DNA of 37,499 nucleotides from Promethearchaeia archaeon (GTDB lineage: Archaea > Asgardarchaeota > Lokiarchaeia > Sigyniarchaeales > SOKP01). Shown here piece by piece: positions 9,133-19,076 of this stretch (the stretch's first letter is position 1; every line of letters begins with the position of its first letter). The translations under genes were made by a program, and so were the position numbers. The notes below the pieces were generated by a model. It searched no databases, had not been told where the DNA came from, and saw only the letters and a list, made by a program, of their open reading frames with translations. Location: the NCBI GenBank assembly GCA_029856445.1, contig JAHQWY010000002.1:1-37499 (forward strand), read 5' to 3'.

Positions 9133-9453
9133 TTAATAAAATCTTTTTGAATCCCTCTCAGAATATTTGTCAATTACGTTCTCTAATTCCTTACTTAAAT
9201 CAATCTCATAAAAATTAGCTACACAAATTATTGAGAATAGAAGATCTGCTAGTTCTTCTCCTAAATTAGATTTACCTCTTTTAATGACCTTTTTTGGCTT
9301 AAAACCTTCAAGAGAGTTAACCTCTCTTGCCAATTCCCCTAATTCCTCCATAATGGCAGAAATCATAGATAATGGGGGCCAATAACCTCCATGATCATTA
9401 ATCCAATTATTTACAATTTTTTGGAGTTCCTTAAGTGAATTTTCATTCTTCAT
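9133..9453 (-). CDS. MazG-like nucleotide pyrophosphohydrolase domain protein
   Basis: A 106-aa all-helical protein with EELGELAREV ... EELADLLF, the paired acidic EExxE/ExxD helices of the MazG fold. Confidence 0.7.
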   Translation of the reverse strand: MKNENSLKELQKIVNNWINDHGGYWPPLSMISAIMEELGELAREVNSLEGFKPKKVIKRGKSNLGEELADLLFSIICVANFYEIDLSKELENVIDKYSERDSKRFY

Positions 9454-9638
9454 GAATTATGTAATGTTCTAAAACATTTAAAAGATAAATGTATTAGAAA
9501 CTAACTATAAGGTATAAAGACATTTGTGAAAAACCTTCTTTAGCCATTGAAATCGGTAGTAACAAATAAATTCTAATATATCATTTATATAAGTAAAATC
9601 GATCTGGAAAAATAGGAAAAATAGGATGGGGATGAAAT

Positions 9639-10373
9639 TTGAAAATAGAAAAAAAAGTATTAGTAACATTTTTAATTATTCTCGGAGCATCAATCTCACT
9701 ATCGTTCGTTGGCTCTTATTTCATATATGATGCTTTAACTACAAAAGAAAGTAAAACGTGGACAACAGAATTCAATGTTGAGAATTGTACATTTTCTACT
9801 ACGGGTAATAATACTTATTTTATTCTGGAGATTGGATTTTATTTGATCCTAGAAGGCGTTGATGAGGGGAATAATGTTAAACTCAATATTACCGTCTTAA
9901 ATCAAACAGAGATGGTCGGAACTATTGAAACTAGAGTAGTACAAGAGAATGAGACTGTAAATGGTGAAATAGTTGAAATTTCGCGCAATTTCTTTGCATT
10001 TTGTGAGGAAACTAAATCTATTTTTTACTTTGGAGAAGAGGTTGATATTTATGAGGGAGGGATGATTGTTAGCCATGAAGGTGAATGGAGAGCAGATGAA
10101 GGAGACAATAAACCGGGAATCATAATGCCTGGCCTCGCATTAATTGGTGCTAGATATTATCAAGAGATTGCTCCTGGTGTAGCTATGGACAGAGCAGAAA
10201 TAATAGAAAATAATGCTACAATTACAGTTCCGGTTGGGACGTTCGAAGGATGTTTGATTATAAAGGAAACAAGCCCTGTGGAACCAGGAGCTTTAGAATA
10301 TAAATATCATGCACCCGGTATTGGTTTAATCATAGATGAAATGTTGGAGTTAGTTCAATACGGCTTCCTTTAA
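9639..10373 (+). CDS. Membrane-anchored or secreted hypothetical protein
   Basis: N-terminal hydrophobic anchor VLVTFLIILGASISLSFVGSYF followed by a beta-rich, Asn/Glu-rich body. TTG is the first possible start after an in-frame TGA, and GGATGGGGA lies just upstream. Confidence 0.65.
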   Translation: MKIEKKVLVTFLIILGASISLSFVGSYFIYDALTTKESKTWTTEFNVENCTFSTTGNNTYFILEIGFYLILEGVDEGNNVKLNITVLNQTEMVGTIETRVVQENETVNGEIVEISRNFFAFCEETKSIFYFGEEVDIYEGGMIVSHEGEWRADEGDNKPGIIMPGLALIGARYYQEIAPGVAMDRAEIIENNATITVPVGTFEGCLIIKETSPVEPGALEYKYHAPGIGLIIDEMLELVQYGFL

Positions 10374-10406
10374 TAAAAATAGAGAAGAAAAATTAAACTA
10401 AAAACC

Positions 10407-10429
10407 AAAAAAAATTCTTTTTCTTTTTT
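10407..10429. terminator. Bidirectional oligo-T/oligo-A tracts between convergent genes
   Basis: A8 (10407-10414, which is T8 on the minus strand downstream of nrdD), plus T5 (10418-10422) and T6 (10424-10429) on the plus strand downstream of the 244-aa gene. Confidence 0.3.
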
Positions 10430-10472
10430 GAAATAAGCTTCCTAGATTTTAAAAAGATTATATTAGAAAATT

Positions 10473-12602
10473 TTAATGAAAAAGATGTTCTCGTTTACGG
10501 TTTTTCCATTCGGCTTGTTTCCCAGGATTATATCTATTAACTTCACTATAATATCCTGTGACTCTAGAATAAACCTTTACATCTTTAGAATAGCATACGG
10601 GACAACTGAATTGAGACCCTCTACTCATCTTTCTACACGAAGGACAATAAATGAAATCAATTGTATACGCAAAATACGCGGTATTTGTATTAAGGCAAAT
10701 ATTTTTAGTTAATTCCCATAAAGCATAAATATCTGGCTTTTGTTCTCCAAGCCAAATGTGAGTGATAACTCCTCCATTTACTATTGGATGAAATTCACCC
10801 TGTTTTTTGATTCTTTCTGATAAAGGAATATTCGCGTCATATCTGAAATGATCTGAATTAGTATAATATACAGAATTATTCTGCGATTGAGGATTTGCTT
10901 TCTTTGGAAAATGTTTTACATCTAATTTTGCTAAACGATTAGCTGTCGATTCGCTAGGTTGTTCCCAAAGAGAATAATATTTTTTATCTCTTTCTGTCAT
11001 ACTATTACATTTAGCGACCATGTAACTTAATATTTTTTTTCCCAAATCATAGGCAGTATTATTTTCATGTAATTCATATCCAGTTAGGCTTTTCACCGCT
11101 TCATTTAATCCTGTGAATCCTATAGAAAGATTCTGATCATTAATATTAAAAATAGGCTTACCTCTAATTTTCCCACTACATAAAGGTAAATGACCTGTCT
11201 TTAACCGTTTTGCCATTAAATTCCACTTTTTCCTTAGAATTCTCGCCGAAAGTTCCATTTTTTCATCTAATATTGTAAAGTAATCATCTTCATTTTTGGA
11301 TAGATAAGCATACCGAGGTAAATTCAAACTTACGCTTTGTAATGAACCAATCGTAACATAATTTTCCCAAATATTTGCATTTTTTCTTTTTTCAGGATCG
11401 AGGATGCACTGCTCTATAATTTGATTTCCACTTAAAAACTTTCTACAACATTGGCTATGAATTTCATCAGGCATCCAATCTGGACACATATTTAGGAAAT
11501 AAGGCGTTCCCATTGTTGCAACCTCTTCCATAACTTTTAAATAAGATGGCTCAAATTCACTTAACCATTCTTTCCTAATTTTAATCTCGTGTTTTGGGAA
11601 AGCAAATAGCTTTCCATTATGATCACCTTGGATATATACATCAGTCAAAGCATCAAAGAGTTTTAGACATTCCTCTCTATAATCGCCGTAGCTTCCTTTT
11701 ATTTTTCCATGAGGTCCAACCGCTGGTATCTTTAACAAACCGTCTGGTACTGTCGGAGTACAAGAAATTGAAGTAAATGGAACTTGTCCTCCTCTTGCAG
11801 CAAAAATTTGATTAGTTTCAAAAATTAAACATTGCATTGATTGTTCTATTTCTTTATCAGAAATTCCACGAGCATAAGGAGCCAAGAAGGTTGTTATATA
11901 ATCATATCCTTGACCACCACTAAATTCACCTTGAATAATCCCTAACCATTTTGCTAGGTGCGTAACTGCAACTCGCAAACTACCTGCTGGACCAGACTTA
12001 CTACAATGAGCCCAACTCTCAACTGGAGGTAAACCATTTTCAAGAATCATCCGTGGATCCCATTCTTGACAAAATGGTCGCAAATCGAAATACCGAAGCA
12101 TATGAATATGGAGATCTCCAAATAAATGAGCGTGAGCTTCTTCTGAATCTAAAATTCTTAATAGTGCGTATTCATCAGAAATTCTATTTGCCGCCCAATG
12201 ATGAATACTTTCAGGATTCATATCTTGATTTGCATTTTCATCAACCCCATATTCTAAAATAGCTTCATAATCCATCAATGGCATCCCAATTCTCGTGTAT
12301 ATTTTACGCTCTTCTTCAAAATGCTGTTCTGATAAAATTGAGCAAACGATTTCTCTAATGTGTGGACCTGATAGAAATTTAATCCCAGAAGAAATTATTC
12401 TTCTGACAACAAGTTCAGTAATCCTATCAGCGGATCTTTGATCTATACCAGTTTCTTTAATAAGACTATATTCAATTTTAAGTGGATCAAAAGGTACAAC
12501 ATCTCCTTCAGTTCTAAAAACTTGAGGTAATAATTTTCTTAAATAATTCCGCTTTATTTTTTCGCTATTTTTCTCTTTTATAGTTTTAGGATCTGATAAC
12601 AT
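10473..12602 (-). CDS. nrdD: Anaerobic ribonucleoside-triphosphate reductase (class III)
   Basis: N-terminal ATP-cone-like segment (VVPFDPLKIEYSLIKETGI...). The C-terminal zinc site CPSC...CPVC is followed by the glycyl-radical motif SRVTGYYS. The track start at 12608 is GTG; I prefer the ATG at 12602. Confidence 0.85.
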   Translation of the reverse strand: MLSDPKTIKEKNSEKIKRNYLRKLLPQVFRTEGDVVPFDPLKIEYSLIKETGIDQRSADRITELVVRRIISSGIKFLSGPHIREIVCSILSEQHFEEERKIYTRIGMPLMDYEAILEYGVDENANQDMNPESIHHWAANRISDEYALLRILDSEEAHAHLFGDLHIHMLRYFDLRPFCQEWDPRMILENGLPPVESWAHCSKSGPAGSLRVAVTHLAKWLGIIQGEFSGGQGYDYITTFLAPYARGISDKEIEQSMQCLIFETNQIFAARGGQVPFTSISCTPTVPDGLLKIPAVGPHGKIKGSYGDYREECLKLFDALTDVYIQGDHNGKLFAFPKHEIKIRKEWLSEFEPSYLKVMEEVATMGTPYFLNMCPDWMPDEIHSQCCRKFLSGNQIIEQCILDPEKRKNANIWENYVTIGSLQSVSLNLPRYAYLSKNEDDYFTILDEKMELSARILRKKWNLMAKRLKTGHLPLCSGKIRGKPIFNINDQNLSIGFTGLNEAVKSLTGYELHENNTAYDLGKKILSYMVAKCNSMTERDKKYYSLWEQPSESTANRLAKLDVKHFPKKANPQSQNNSVYYTNSDHFRYDANIPLSERIKKQGEFHPIVNGGVITHIWLGEQKPDIYALWELTKNICLNTNTAYFAYTIDFIYCPSCRKMSRGSQFSCPVCYSKDVKVYSRVTGYYSEVNRYNPGKQAEWKNRKREHLFH

Positions 12603-12680
12603 TACCACTTTTTCACATCTCTTTTTCTAATTTTAATTTTCTTTAACAATAAAGAACTATAATCTACGATTCCTAAATGT

Positions 12681-12694
12681 ACAAAATTTTGTCG
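12681..12694. promoter_or_regulatory. Palindrome-containing motif acaaaattttgtcg, copy 1 (candidate operator)
   Basis: The core ACAAAATTTTGT is a perfect palindrome. The 13-mer caaaattttgtcg recurs at 12912-12924. This copy lies 79-92 nt upstream of the nrdD ATG (12602). Confidence 0.3.
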
Positions 12695-12911
12695 GAGGTG
12701 TGATCTGAGTTAGGAGACTTATTAATTCTTTATTAACGTAAATATTTTACCTCTTTTGATATAAAAATTTATTTGTTTCTCTAATTTAAAGTTATTTTAT
12801 TAATCCTTTATTTGCAAATTCTGTTATTGTTTATTTAAACCAGAAAAAAATACATAATTATTTGGAGTCTAATTGATTTGTAATTTATTATATCGCAATT
12901 AACCAATAACT

Positions 12912-12924
12912 CAAAATTTTGTCG
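12912..12924. promoter_or_regulatory. Palindrome-containing motif caaaattttgtcg, copy 2 (candidate operator)
   Basis: Exact 13-nt repeat of copy 1 in the same orientation, about 112 nt upstream of the cupin gene ATG. Confidence 0.3.
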
Positions 12925-13035
12925 AACAGATTACAGTTTTTATTGAATTTGTAACAAAATAGTTTTATAAAAATCTATAATGTGTATTTTTAAATAAAAA
13001 AATTTTTCAAATCAGGTTAATAAGGTGAAAGCATA

Positions 13036-13365
13036 ATGATGAAAAATATTTTGAGTAAAGATAGCGCAAAAAAAATAACAATTTTTGAAGGAGTTCATCG
13101 AAAAACATTAATATATGACAAGAATCTTATGATTTGTCATTTTATACTTGAAAAGGATGCCGAAATCCCTGTTCACTCTCATAAAGAACACCAAATTGGA
13201 TATGTAATAAATGGGAAATTGAAGTTCCTCACAAAAACTGGTGAATATATAGCAAAAAAAGGTGATAGCTATATTTTTGATTCAGATGAAAAACACGGTG
13301 CTTTGGTTTTAGAAGATTCCGAGGTAATTGATGTTTTCCATCCTGCTAGAGAAGACTATAAATGA
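13036..13365 (+). CDS. Cupin domain protein
   Basis: A 109-aa protein with the His-containing pattern PVHSHKEHQIGYVINGK...GD...HG, consistent with a metal-binding cupin barrel. Confidence 0.7.
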   Translation: MMKNILSKDSAKKITIFEGVHRKTLIYDKNLMICHFILEKDAEIPVHSHKEHQIGYVINGKLKFLTKTGEYIAKKGDSYIFDSDEKHGALVLEDSEVIDVFHPAREDYK

Positions 13366-13419
13366 TTTATTTTAGTTTATATGAAATTCAGGAAATAACG
13401 TAGAGAAAAAAGAAAATAT

Positions 13420-13773
13420 TTACCATTGATATGCAGCAACAGCAAATATTGCAAACATACATAACAAAAATTCTCCTATTAGCCAATCAAAAAAATATTC
13501 TCTCTTTTTATTCCTATCATTTTTAATTTTTGATGCTACCCCAAAACTAACTGCTGAATTCGTTCCTATAAAGATAATGAAGCTGAAAGTTATTGCATTT
13601 AAATTCAATTCTATTAGTTCAAGTATTGGGTCAAGGAATATCCAACCACCCATAAATCCTCCAAGGGCAATCAAAAACATCCAACCAGAAAATTGAACAA
13701 TTTTTTCTAGTTTTATATCTAATTCCGAAAGAATTTTTTGACGTTCAATTTGTTTTTTTCTAACTTTTGACAT
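13420..13773 (-). CDS. Small integral membrane protein (about 3 TM helices)
   Basis: Basic N-terminus followed by hydrophobic helices (WMFLIALGGFMGGWIF, ITFSFIIFIGTNSAVSFGV, LLCMFAIFAVAAY). Confidence 0.6.
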   Translation of the reverse strand: MSKVRKKQIERQKILSELDIKLEKIVQFSGWMFLIALGGFMGGWIFLDPILELIELNLNAITFSFIIFIGTNSAVSFGVASKIKNDRNKKREYFFDWLIGEFLLCMFAIFAVAAYQW

Positions 13774-13856
13774 TACTTATCAAATAACCTTCTTTTTGAA
13801 TATTAAAAATTCTATAATTCTTAATTTTTATGATTTCTATATAACGAAAAATGATT

Positions 13857-14348
13857 TCATTTAGGTCTATTTTTTAAGAGTAATATTGCTTTGGCAATAT
13901 CACCATCACATTCTTTTAATACAGTTTCTGCTTCTTGTTTATCAACGTTTGCTTGAGATGCAACTAAAATAATATCATTTTCCGTAATAGAGGGTTTAAC
14001 ATCGGTCTCTTCTATTGGTTCCGTATCTTCAATTACAGAATTTGATTGAATCGTAAGATCATCGGAAGAAAGCTCTTCTGCTTGTCCTATTATCTGATAA
14101 ATCTCTTGACCTGCTTGTTTCATAAGAACGACTTCAGGTTGTTCTAGTACTAACGTTTTTTCTGATCCTTCAATTATAACTCTCGTTGCTTCTATTTGAT
14201 CCATTTCGATACCTTGTTGTTGCATTCTTCTTCGCATTTGCCTCGATCCAAATTGACTACCCTCTCTCTTTGGAGCGGTTTGAGGACGTTTAGGTTTACT
14301 TTTTATTTTGTCTTGCATTTCTTTCGGCAATTTTACCAAATTCTTCAC
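13857..14348 (-). CDS. nac: Nascent polypeptide-associated complex protein (NAC domain + C-terminal UBA)
   Basis: RQMRRRMQQQGIEM followed by the NAC beta-barrel segment ATRVIIEGSEKTLVLEQPEVVLMKQAGQEIYQIIG. The C-terminal UBA-like segment is ENDIILVASQANVDKQEAETVLKECDGDIAKAILLL. The track start is GTG, and an in-frame ATG lies at 14318. Confidence 0.8.
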   Translation of the reverse strand: MKNLVKLPKEMQDKIKSKPKRPQTAPKREGSQFGSRQMRRRMQQQGIEMDQIEATRVIIEGSEKTLVLEQPEVVLMKQAGQEIYQIIGQAEELSSDDLTIQSNSVIEDTEPIEETDVKPSITENDIILVASQANVDKQEAETVLKECDGDIAKAILLLKNRPK

Positions 14349-14390
14349 TTTTAAATTTAATTTCTATATAATTATATAATAATGTACAAT

Positions 14391-14882
14391 TTATATCTTT
14401 GATTTATAAACTCCTTTTCGAACACTCGCAGCGACACCACTCGAGAAAGATTTAATATATGAGACAGGCAGTTTTAATCTCCCAATCGCTAATAATTCAT
14501 CATCTTGATTAACGACAATTACTTCATCTAAGGCTCTTAAATTTTCATCAATATCCACCACATGTTTACAGAAAACATTTCTACCTTTCTTTATAAACTC
14601 AGAAATATCATTTAAGACAATGATTCTTAATTTTGGGGCTGAAGTATTATTGATTATCATTTTTGCTGAATATAAAGTTAATGTGAAGAAACCATTATTT
14701 GGTCGTAAAGTAAGCATTAAATTCTTTTTATGAAAAATATATCGAATTTTATCAGTAGTGCGAGATCTTTCAATAGAAATGAAATCTAATTCCTTAAATA
14801 GAATATTCGTTATCTCTTGACCAAATTGGTAATCTGAAATTGCTTTAACTTGTCTAATACCTAATAAATGTTTAATTTCCAT
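14391..14882 (-). CDS. PUA domain RNA-binding protein
   Basis: C-terminal PUA-like segment GRNVFCKHVVDIDENLRALDEVIVVNQDDELLAIGRLKL. The first 21 codons of the track ORF (up to 14945) look like non-coding AT-rich spacer, so I start at the ATG at 14882 (MEIKHLLG...). Confidence 0.65.
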   Translation of the reverse strand: MEIKHLLGIRQVKAISDYQFGQEITNILFKELDFISIERSRTTDKIRYIFHKKNLMLTLRPNNGFFTLTLYSAKMIINNTSAPKLRIIVLNDISEFIKKGRNVFCKHVVDIDENLRALDEVIVVNQDDELLAIGRLKLPVSYIKSFSSGVAASVRKGVYKSKI

Positions 14883-14951
14883 TTGAATATAACAAAATAG
14901 ATTAATACTATAATAAAAAACTAAAAATAAATAAATTCTATTCAAAACTCA

Positions 14952-16160
14952 TTATGAATATAGTCGAGATTCAACACATTTATCTCTTATTTTATTCATA
15001 ACTTTATCGACAGCATCAATAAAGTCTTTATTGACAATTATATCTGCATCCTTTCTGATAGCAAACATACCTGCCTCTGTGGAAATTGCTTTTATATCTG
15101 CTCCAGTTGCTCCTTCGGTCAAATTTACTAATCGATTGAAATCTACTTTATCTTCTACATTTAATCTTCTAGTATGAATCTTAAAAATTGCCTTTCTTGC
15201 TTCCTCATCTGGAATAGGAAACTCGATCATACGGTCAAATCTCCCAGGTCTTAATAAAGCAGGATCTAAGATATCAACTCGGTTTGTAGCACCAATTATT
15301 TTTACATCCCCACGTTGTTCAAAGCCATCTAATTCACTTAATAATTGCATTAAAGTTCTCTGAACTTCTCTATCACCAGATGTGGCTACTTTCAATCTCT
15401 GAGAACCAATTGCGTCTAATTCATCTATAAATAATATCGTAGGGGCTTTTTCTTTGGCTAAATTAAAAATTTCTCTAACTAAACGAGCACCTTCGCCAAT
15501 AAATTTTTGAACTAATTCAGATCCAATAATTCTGATAAATGTTGCTTCCGTTTCATGTGCAACTGCTTTTGCTAATAATGTTTTTCCTGTACCTGGTGGT
15601 CCGAATAACAATACACCTTTAGGTGGCTCAATCCCTATTCTTTCAAATAGTTCTGGCTTCTTCAATGGTAATTCGACAGTTTCTCTAACTTCTAGAAGTT
15701 GATCTTCTAGACCTCCAACGTCAACATATGATATATCTGGAATTGAATCAATAACTTCCATACCTTTCACAAATGGATCAAGTTTAGTAGGTAGAACCTC
15801 CATAATTGCGAATGTTCTCTGATTTAAAGCAACTCTCATTCCAGGTGATAAATTTTCATTTCTCACTTTTCTACTGGCATTAACCACAAAGCTTGGACCT
15901 GTTGAGCTCTTTACTATTGCCCTTCCTTTATCATCCAAGAAATCTATAATAGTTGCTGAAACTAATGGTGGTTCTCTTAGCCTATCAATTTCATTTCTTA
16001 AGCTGTGTAGTTCTTGTTCTAATCTTAATCGCTCTGCATCCAAGAGTTGCTTTTCTGTCTCTAAATTTCTTAACCTTTTCTCTAGATGTCTCGTATAGGT
16101 TATCAAATACTCGCCATCTTTAGTTTCTTCTCTTTTTCTCTTATCCTTGGTCGTAGTCAA
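14952..16160 (-). CDS. pan: Proteasome-activating nucleotidase (AAA+ ATPase, Rpt homolog)
   Basis: N-terminal coiled coil, OB segment, Walker A GPPGTGKT, Walker B ILFIDELD, and second region of homology. TTG start with AAGGAG 10 nt upstream. No in-frame ATG in the first ~100 codons. Confidence 0.9.
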   Translation of the reverse strand: MTTTKDKRKREETKDGEYLITYTRHLEKRLRNLETEKQLLDAERLRLEQELHSLRNEIDRLREPPLVSATIIDFLDDKGRAIVKSSTGPSFVVNASRKVRNENLSPGMRVALNQRTFAIMEVLPTKLDPFVKGMEVIDSIPDISYVDVGGLEDQLLEVRETVELPLKKPELFERIGIEPPKGVLLFGPPGTGKTLLAKAVAHETEATFIRIIGSELVQKFIGEGARLVREIFNLAKEKAPTILFIDELDAIGSQRLKVATSGDREVQRTLMQLLSELDGFEQRGDVKIIGATNRVDILDPALLRPGRFDRMIEFPIPDEEARKAIFKIHTRRLNVEDKVDFNRLVNLTEGATGADIKAISTEAGMFAIRKDADIIVNKDFIDAVDKVMNKIRDKCVESRLYS

Positions 16161-16404
16161 ATAAATTATTCTCCTTAGTTTCTCAATTTTCTTTTAATCT
16201 CAAGAAAGTGCTTTAATTTAATAATAAACTTTTCTTCATTTAAATTTAAGGTTATTTCTTGACTATTACTTTAAAATCTCAATTTTTAAAAAATTTATAG
16301 ATTATAAAATATAATGGAATAATAACCACAAATTATAAGAGTTTTCAATTACCTTCTATATATAAAAGAGGATTCTATCAATTAGTAATACTTGAGATGA
16401 GTTT

Positions 16405-16953
16405 ATGCCGAAACCTAGATACAATGAGATCGATAAGGAATGCCCTATATGCGGAGGTATTATTTGGGGAAAAGGACAGAGAGTTTTATTAGAGGGTGCT
16501 AAAATTACAGTTTGTGATAATTGTGCACAATATGGGACCAAAATCTATAAACCAATTACTAATGTTCAAATGAAAACAAAAGGGCAAATCAAGACTCAAA
16601 TGGCCCCAAAAAAGCAATCTTTTAAACCTAAGGGCATTGAAGAATTAGAGATCGTTACGGATTACGCTAAGAGGATTAGAAATGTTAGAAATAATCTTAG
16701 ACTCAATCAAGATCAATTTGCTCAGAAATTAAACGAAAAACCATCGTTACTTAGGAGAATTGAAGCAAGAAAAGTGGAACCAACTATTAAGCTAGCTAAG
16801 AAGATCCAAGAAGTATACAAAATCAAACTTTTAAAGAAAATAGATGAGACTAAAATTAGTGTTCAAGAAACTAAATTTATGAAAAAATCAACAGGGAGTT
16901 CCTTAGGAGATATTGCATTCATTAAGAAAAAGAGTAAGGATTCAGATTCCTAA
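16405..16953 (+). CDS. mbf1: Multiprotein bridging factor 1 family transcriptional regulator (zinc ribbon + HTH)
   Basis: N-terminal CPIC...CDNC zinc ribbon, then the XRE-type HTH segment IRNVRNNLRLNQDQFAQKLNEKPSLLRRIE. Confidence 0.8.
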   Translation: MPKPRYNEIDKECPICGGIIWGKGQRVLLEGAKITVCDNCAQYGTKIYKPITNVQMKTKGQIKTQMAPKKQSFKPKGIEELEIVTDYAKRIRNVRNNLRLNQDQFAQKLNEKPSLLRRIEARKVEPTIKLAKKIQEVYKIKLLKKIDETKISVQETKFMKKSTGSSLGDIAFIKKKSKDSDS

Positions 16954-16977
16954 TATTTGTACCTATCAAAGTTGTTT

Positions 16978-19002
16978 CTAATTTAATTTTTTAATTTGTA
17001 CAAGAGAAGAATTATACGCTCCTGATAAGCCCGATTCTTCAGGAATGTCAGGAGTAAATAGATTTACATTTGTACTTGTATAATAAGGTGATGATGCTCC
17101 GGAATAGATTAGAGCAATCCCAGATTTTAAAGATGGAAGTTCTGTCAATATATACTTAGCAGTTCCATATTCATTAGAAACAATGACTTCATTATCTATA
17201 TCCAAATCTAAATCCAATATATCATCTGGATTTAAAAATATTCTTCCAAAATCTTCATAATATTTTAAATTCAATAATCCCAATTGAGAATGTAAAAAAT
17301 AAGGATGAGAAGGGGAAATTAATATAAATTCATTTTTCTTACGGTTAACCTTCTGTTTTAATTCATATTTTCCAAACCTAAGCGTTATATCTTGAATTTG
17401 GATTTTATGTTTTAGAGTAGGAAACTTAAGATTTTTATAGGGTACGTATGCTTGATCGAATAATAAATGATATCCTTTTGAAATAATATTTTTGTATATG
17501 TTTTTAGGGAGCATATTTAGAACTTTATAAAATATATCTTCTCCAGATTCTTTAAAAATCGATGATTTATTATAACCAACTTTTAAAGCTAATTGCTGAA
17601 AAAACTCATAATTCGACATACAATCAGGATATGGACATGGCCCCCCAAAATTTAAAGATAAACTAGGGAAATAATATGGAGCAATTATGTCAGATGTTTC
17701 CAAATCAAACTTCGCTGGTAAAACAATATCCGCATAATTTGTAGTTTCATTTAAGAACAAATCTAAAACAACAACAAATAAATCCTTATTTAAAAGTGCT
17801 TCTCTTAATAAATTTTGATTAGGTAAGGAACTTGCTGGATTAAAATTATATACAAATAATAATTTAAAATCTCCAGTCGATAAAGCTTTACCGAGTGAAA
17901 TTAAAGGAATTTCCTTTATATTCGAACTCATTTTAGACTTGCTAATATAATCCAAAATTGGTCCCGTTATGGACTTTATATAATCACTTTGAGAATATAA
18001 CAAACCTGTTCCTTGTTTACCGATATTACCAAGTAATATCTGGACTAAAGCAATAGATTGAACAATTCTACCTCCATAAAAGTCTTTCTGAACTCCATAA
18101 CCAATCATAAATAAGGTATGATGTTTGTGTTTTACCAATAAATTAACAAACTCCTGAAGTGATTCACCTTCGATCCCTATTTGAGATAATAACTTGTCAT
18201 CATCAATATTTTCGATCTTTGAAACGATAGAAGAATAGGAATCAACATTTTTTTTAAGAAAATCAATATCAAAGACATTTTGCTTGCTAAGTGCTTTAAT
18301 CAACAGCGTAGCCATTAAATATTCAGTACCAGGATTAATTTGTATAAAGCAATCGGCCTTTTTTGCTACTTGAGTATTTCGAGAATCTATTACAATTAGC
18401 TCAGTTTCATTTTTAATTGCTTGCTTAACCAAAAAATAAGCATGAATATTACTCTCTGAAAGATTACTCCCCCAAATCACAATTAAATTGGTTGCTGGAT
18501 TATTAATTTGAAAGGGATTTGATATTGAATAAGTTCCAAATATTTTTTTCAAACTTTCACACCCACCTTCATTACATAGACCAGCACTGGTAACCGAACT
18601 TCCAAGTTTTGCAAAAAACCTTAGAGGAGAATACATGGATATCAATCCAGAATTTCCTGCATAAAATGCGCCAATTATAGATTTTTCTTGCCGTTTTTCT
18701 TTAATTTCTATTACTTTCTGAGCTATAGTCTCTAATGCTTGTTGAGGGGAAATTTCTTTAAAATTTTTTTCAGGTTTTTGACTTATCCTAGATAACGGTT
18801 TTTTTAAACGCTTTGGGTGATATAATAATTCTTGTCGATTATTATATTTAGAACAAAAAAACCCATTTGTAAAAGGATGATTTTTTAAAGGTTTTGCAGA
18901 AAGGAATTTATGTTCTACGGCATTATCATTCCAAATCCCTTTAAATACGCAAGAACCATAACAGTCTTTTGTACATGTTCCAAATCTAACAATCTCTTCC
19001 AT
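16978..19002 (-). CDS. Molybdopterin-dependent oxidoreductase (MopB superfamily), specificity unknown
   Basis: The N-terminal CTKDCYGSC...C pattern (Cx3Cx3C...C, the N-terminal [4Fe-4S] cysteine cluster of MopB enzymes), the ~670-aa length and the C-terminal segment VIVSNEYGTAKY (molybdopterin dinucleotide-binding beta-barrel-like). No Tat signal seen. Confidence 0.7.
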   Translation of the reverse strand: MEEIVRFGTCTKDCYGSCVFKGIWNDNAVEHKFLSAKPLKNHPFTNGFFCSKYNNRQELLYHPKRLKKPLSRISQKPEKNFKEISPQQALETIAQKVIEIKEKRQEKSIIGAFYAGNSGLISMYSPLRFFAKLGSSVTSAGLCNEGGCESLKKIFGTYSISNPFQINNPATNLIVIWGSNLSESNIHAYFLVKQAIKNETELIVIDSRNTQVAKKADCFIQINPGTEYLMATLLIKALSKQNVFDIDFLKKNVDSYSSIVSKIENIDDDKLLSQIGIEGESLQEFVNLLVKHKHHTLFMIGYGVQKDFYGGRIVQSIALVQILLGNIGKQGTGLLYSQSDYIKSITGPILDYISKSKMSSNIKEIPLISLGKALSTGDFKLLFVYNFNPASSLPNQNLLREALLNKDLFVVVLDLFLNETTNYADIVLPAKFDLETSDIIAPYYFPSLSLNFGGPCPYPDCMSNYEFFQQLALKVGYNKSSIFKESGEDIFYKVLNMLPKNIYKNIISKGYHLLFDQAYVPYKNLKFPTLKHKIQIQDITLRFGKYELKQKVNRKKNEFILISPSHPYFLHSQLGLLNLKYYEDFGRIFLNPDDILDLDLDIDNEVIVSNEYGTAKYILTELPSLKSGIALIYSGASSPYYTSTNVNLFTPDIPEESGLSGAYNSSLVQIKKLN

Positions 19003-19076
19003 AAATAGTTATATATTTATAGTTATTTTAAGGTTATTGACAAAGAAAAAGGATACTAATATTAACTAAGAGAATT

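Noticed and set aside
9606-9626. Tandem ggaaaaata x2.3 just upstream of the 244-aa gene
   Set aside because: It is only two and a bit copies of a purine-rich 9-mer. It is more likely part of a ribosome-binding or AT-rich leader region than a distinct repeat element.
14883-14945. N-terminal 21 codons of the track ORF for the PUA protein (MNRIYLFLVFYYSINLFCYIQ), and likewise 25939-25980 for the methyltransferase
   Set aside because: These extensions are AT-rich spacer-like sequences. They run to within 6 nt of (PUA/pan) or overlap (methyltransferase/cbf5) the preceding gene's stop, and each is followed by a good ATG at the start of the conserved domain.
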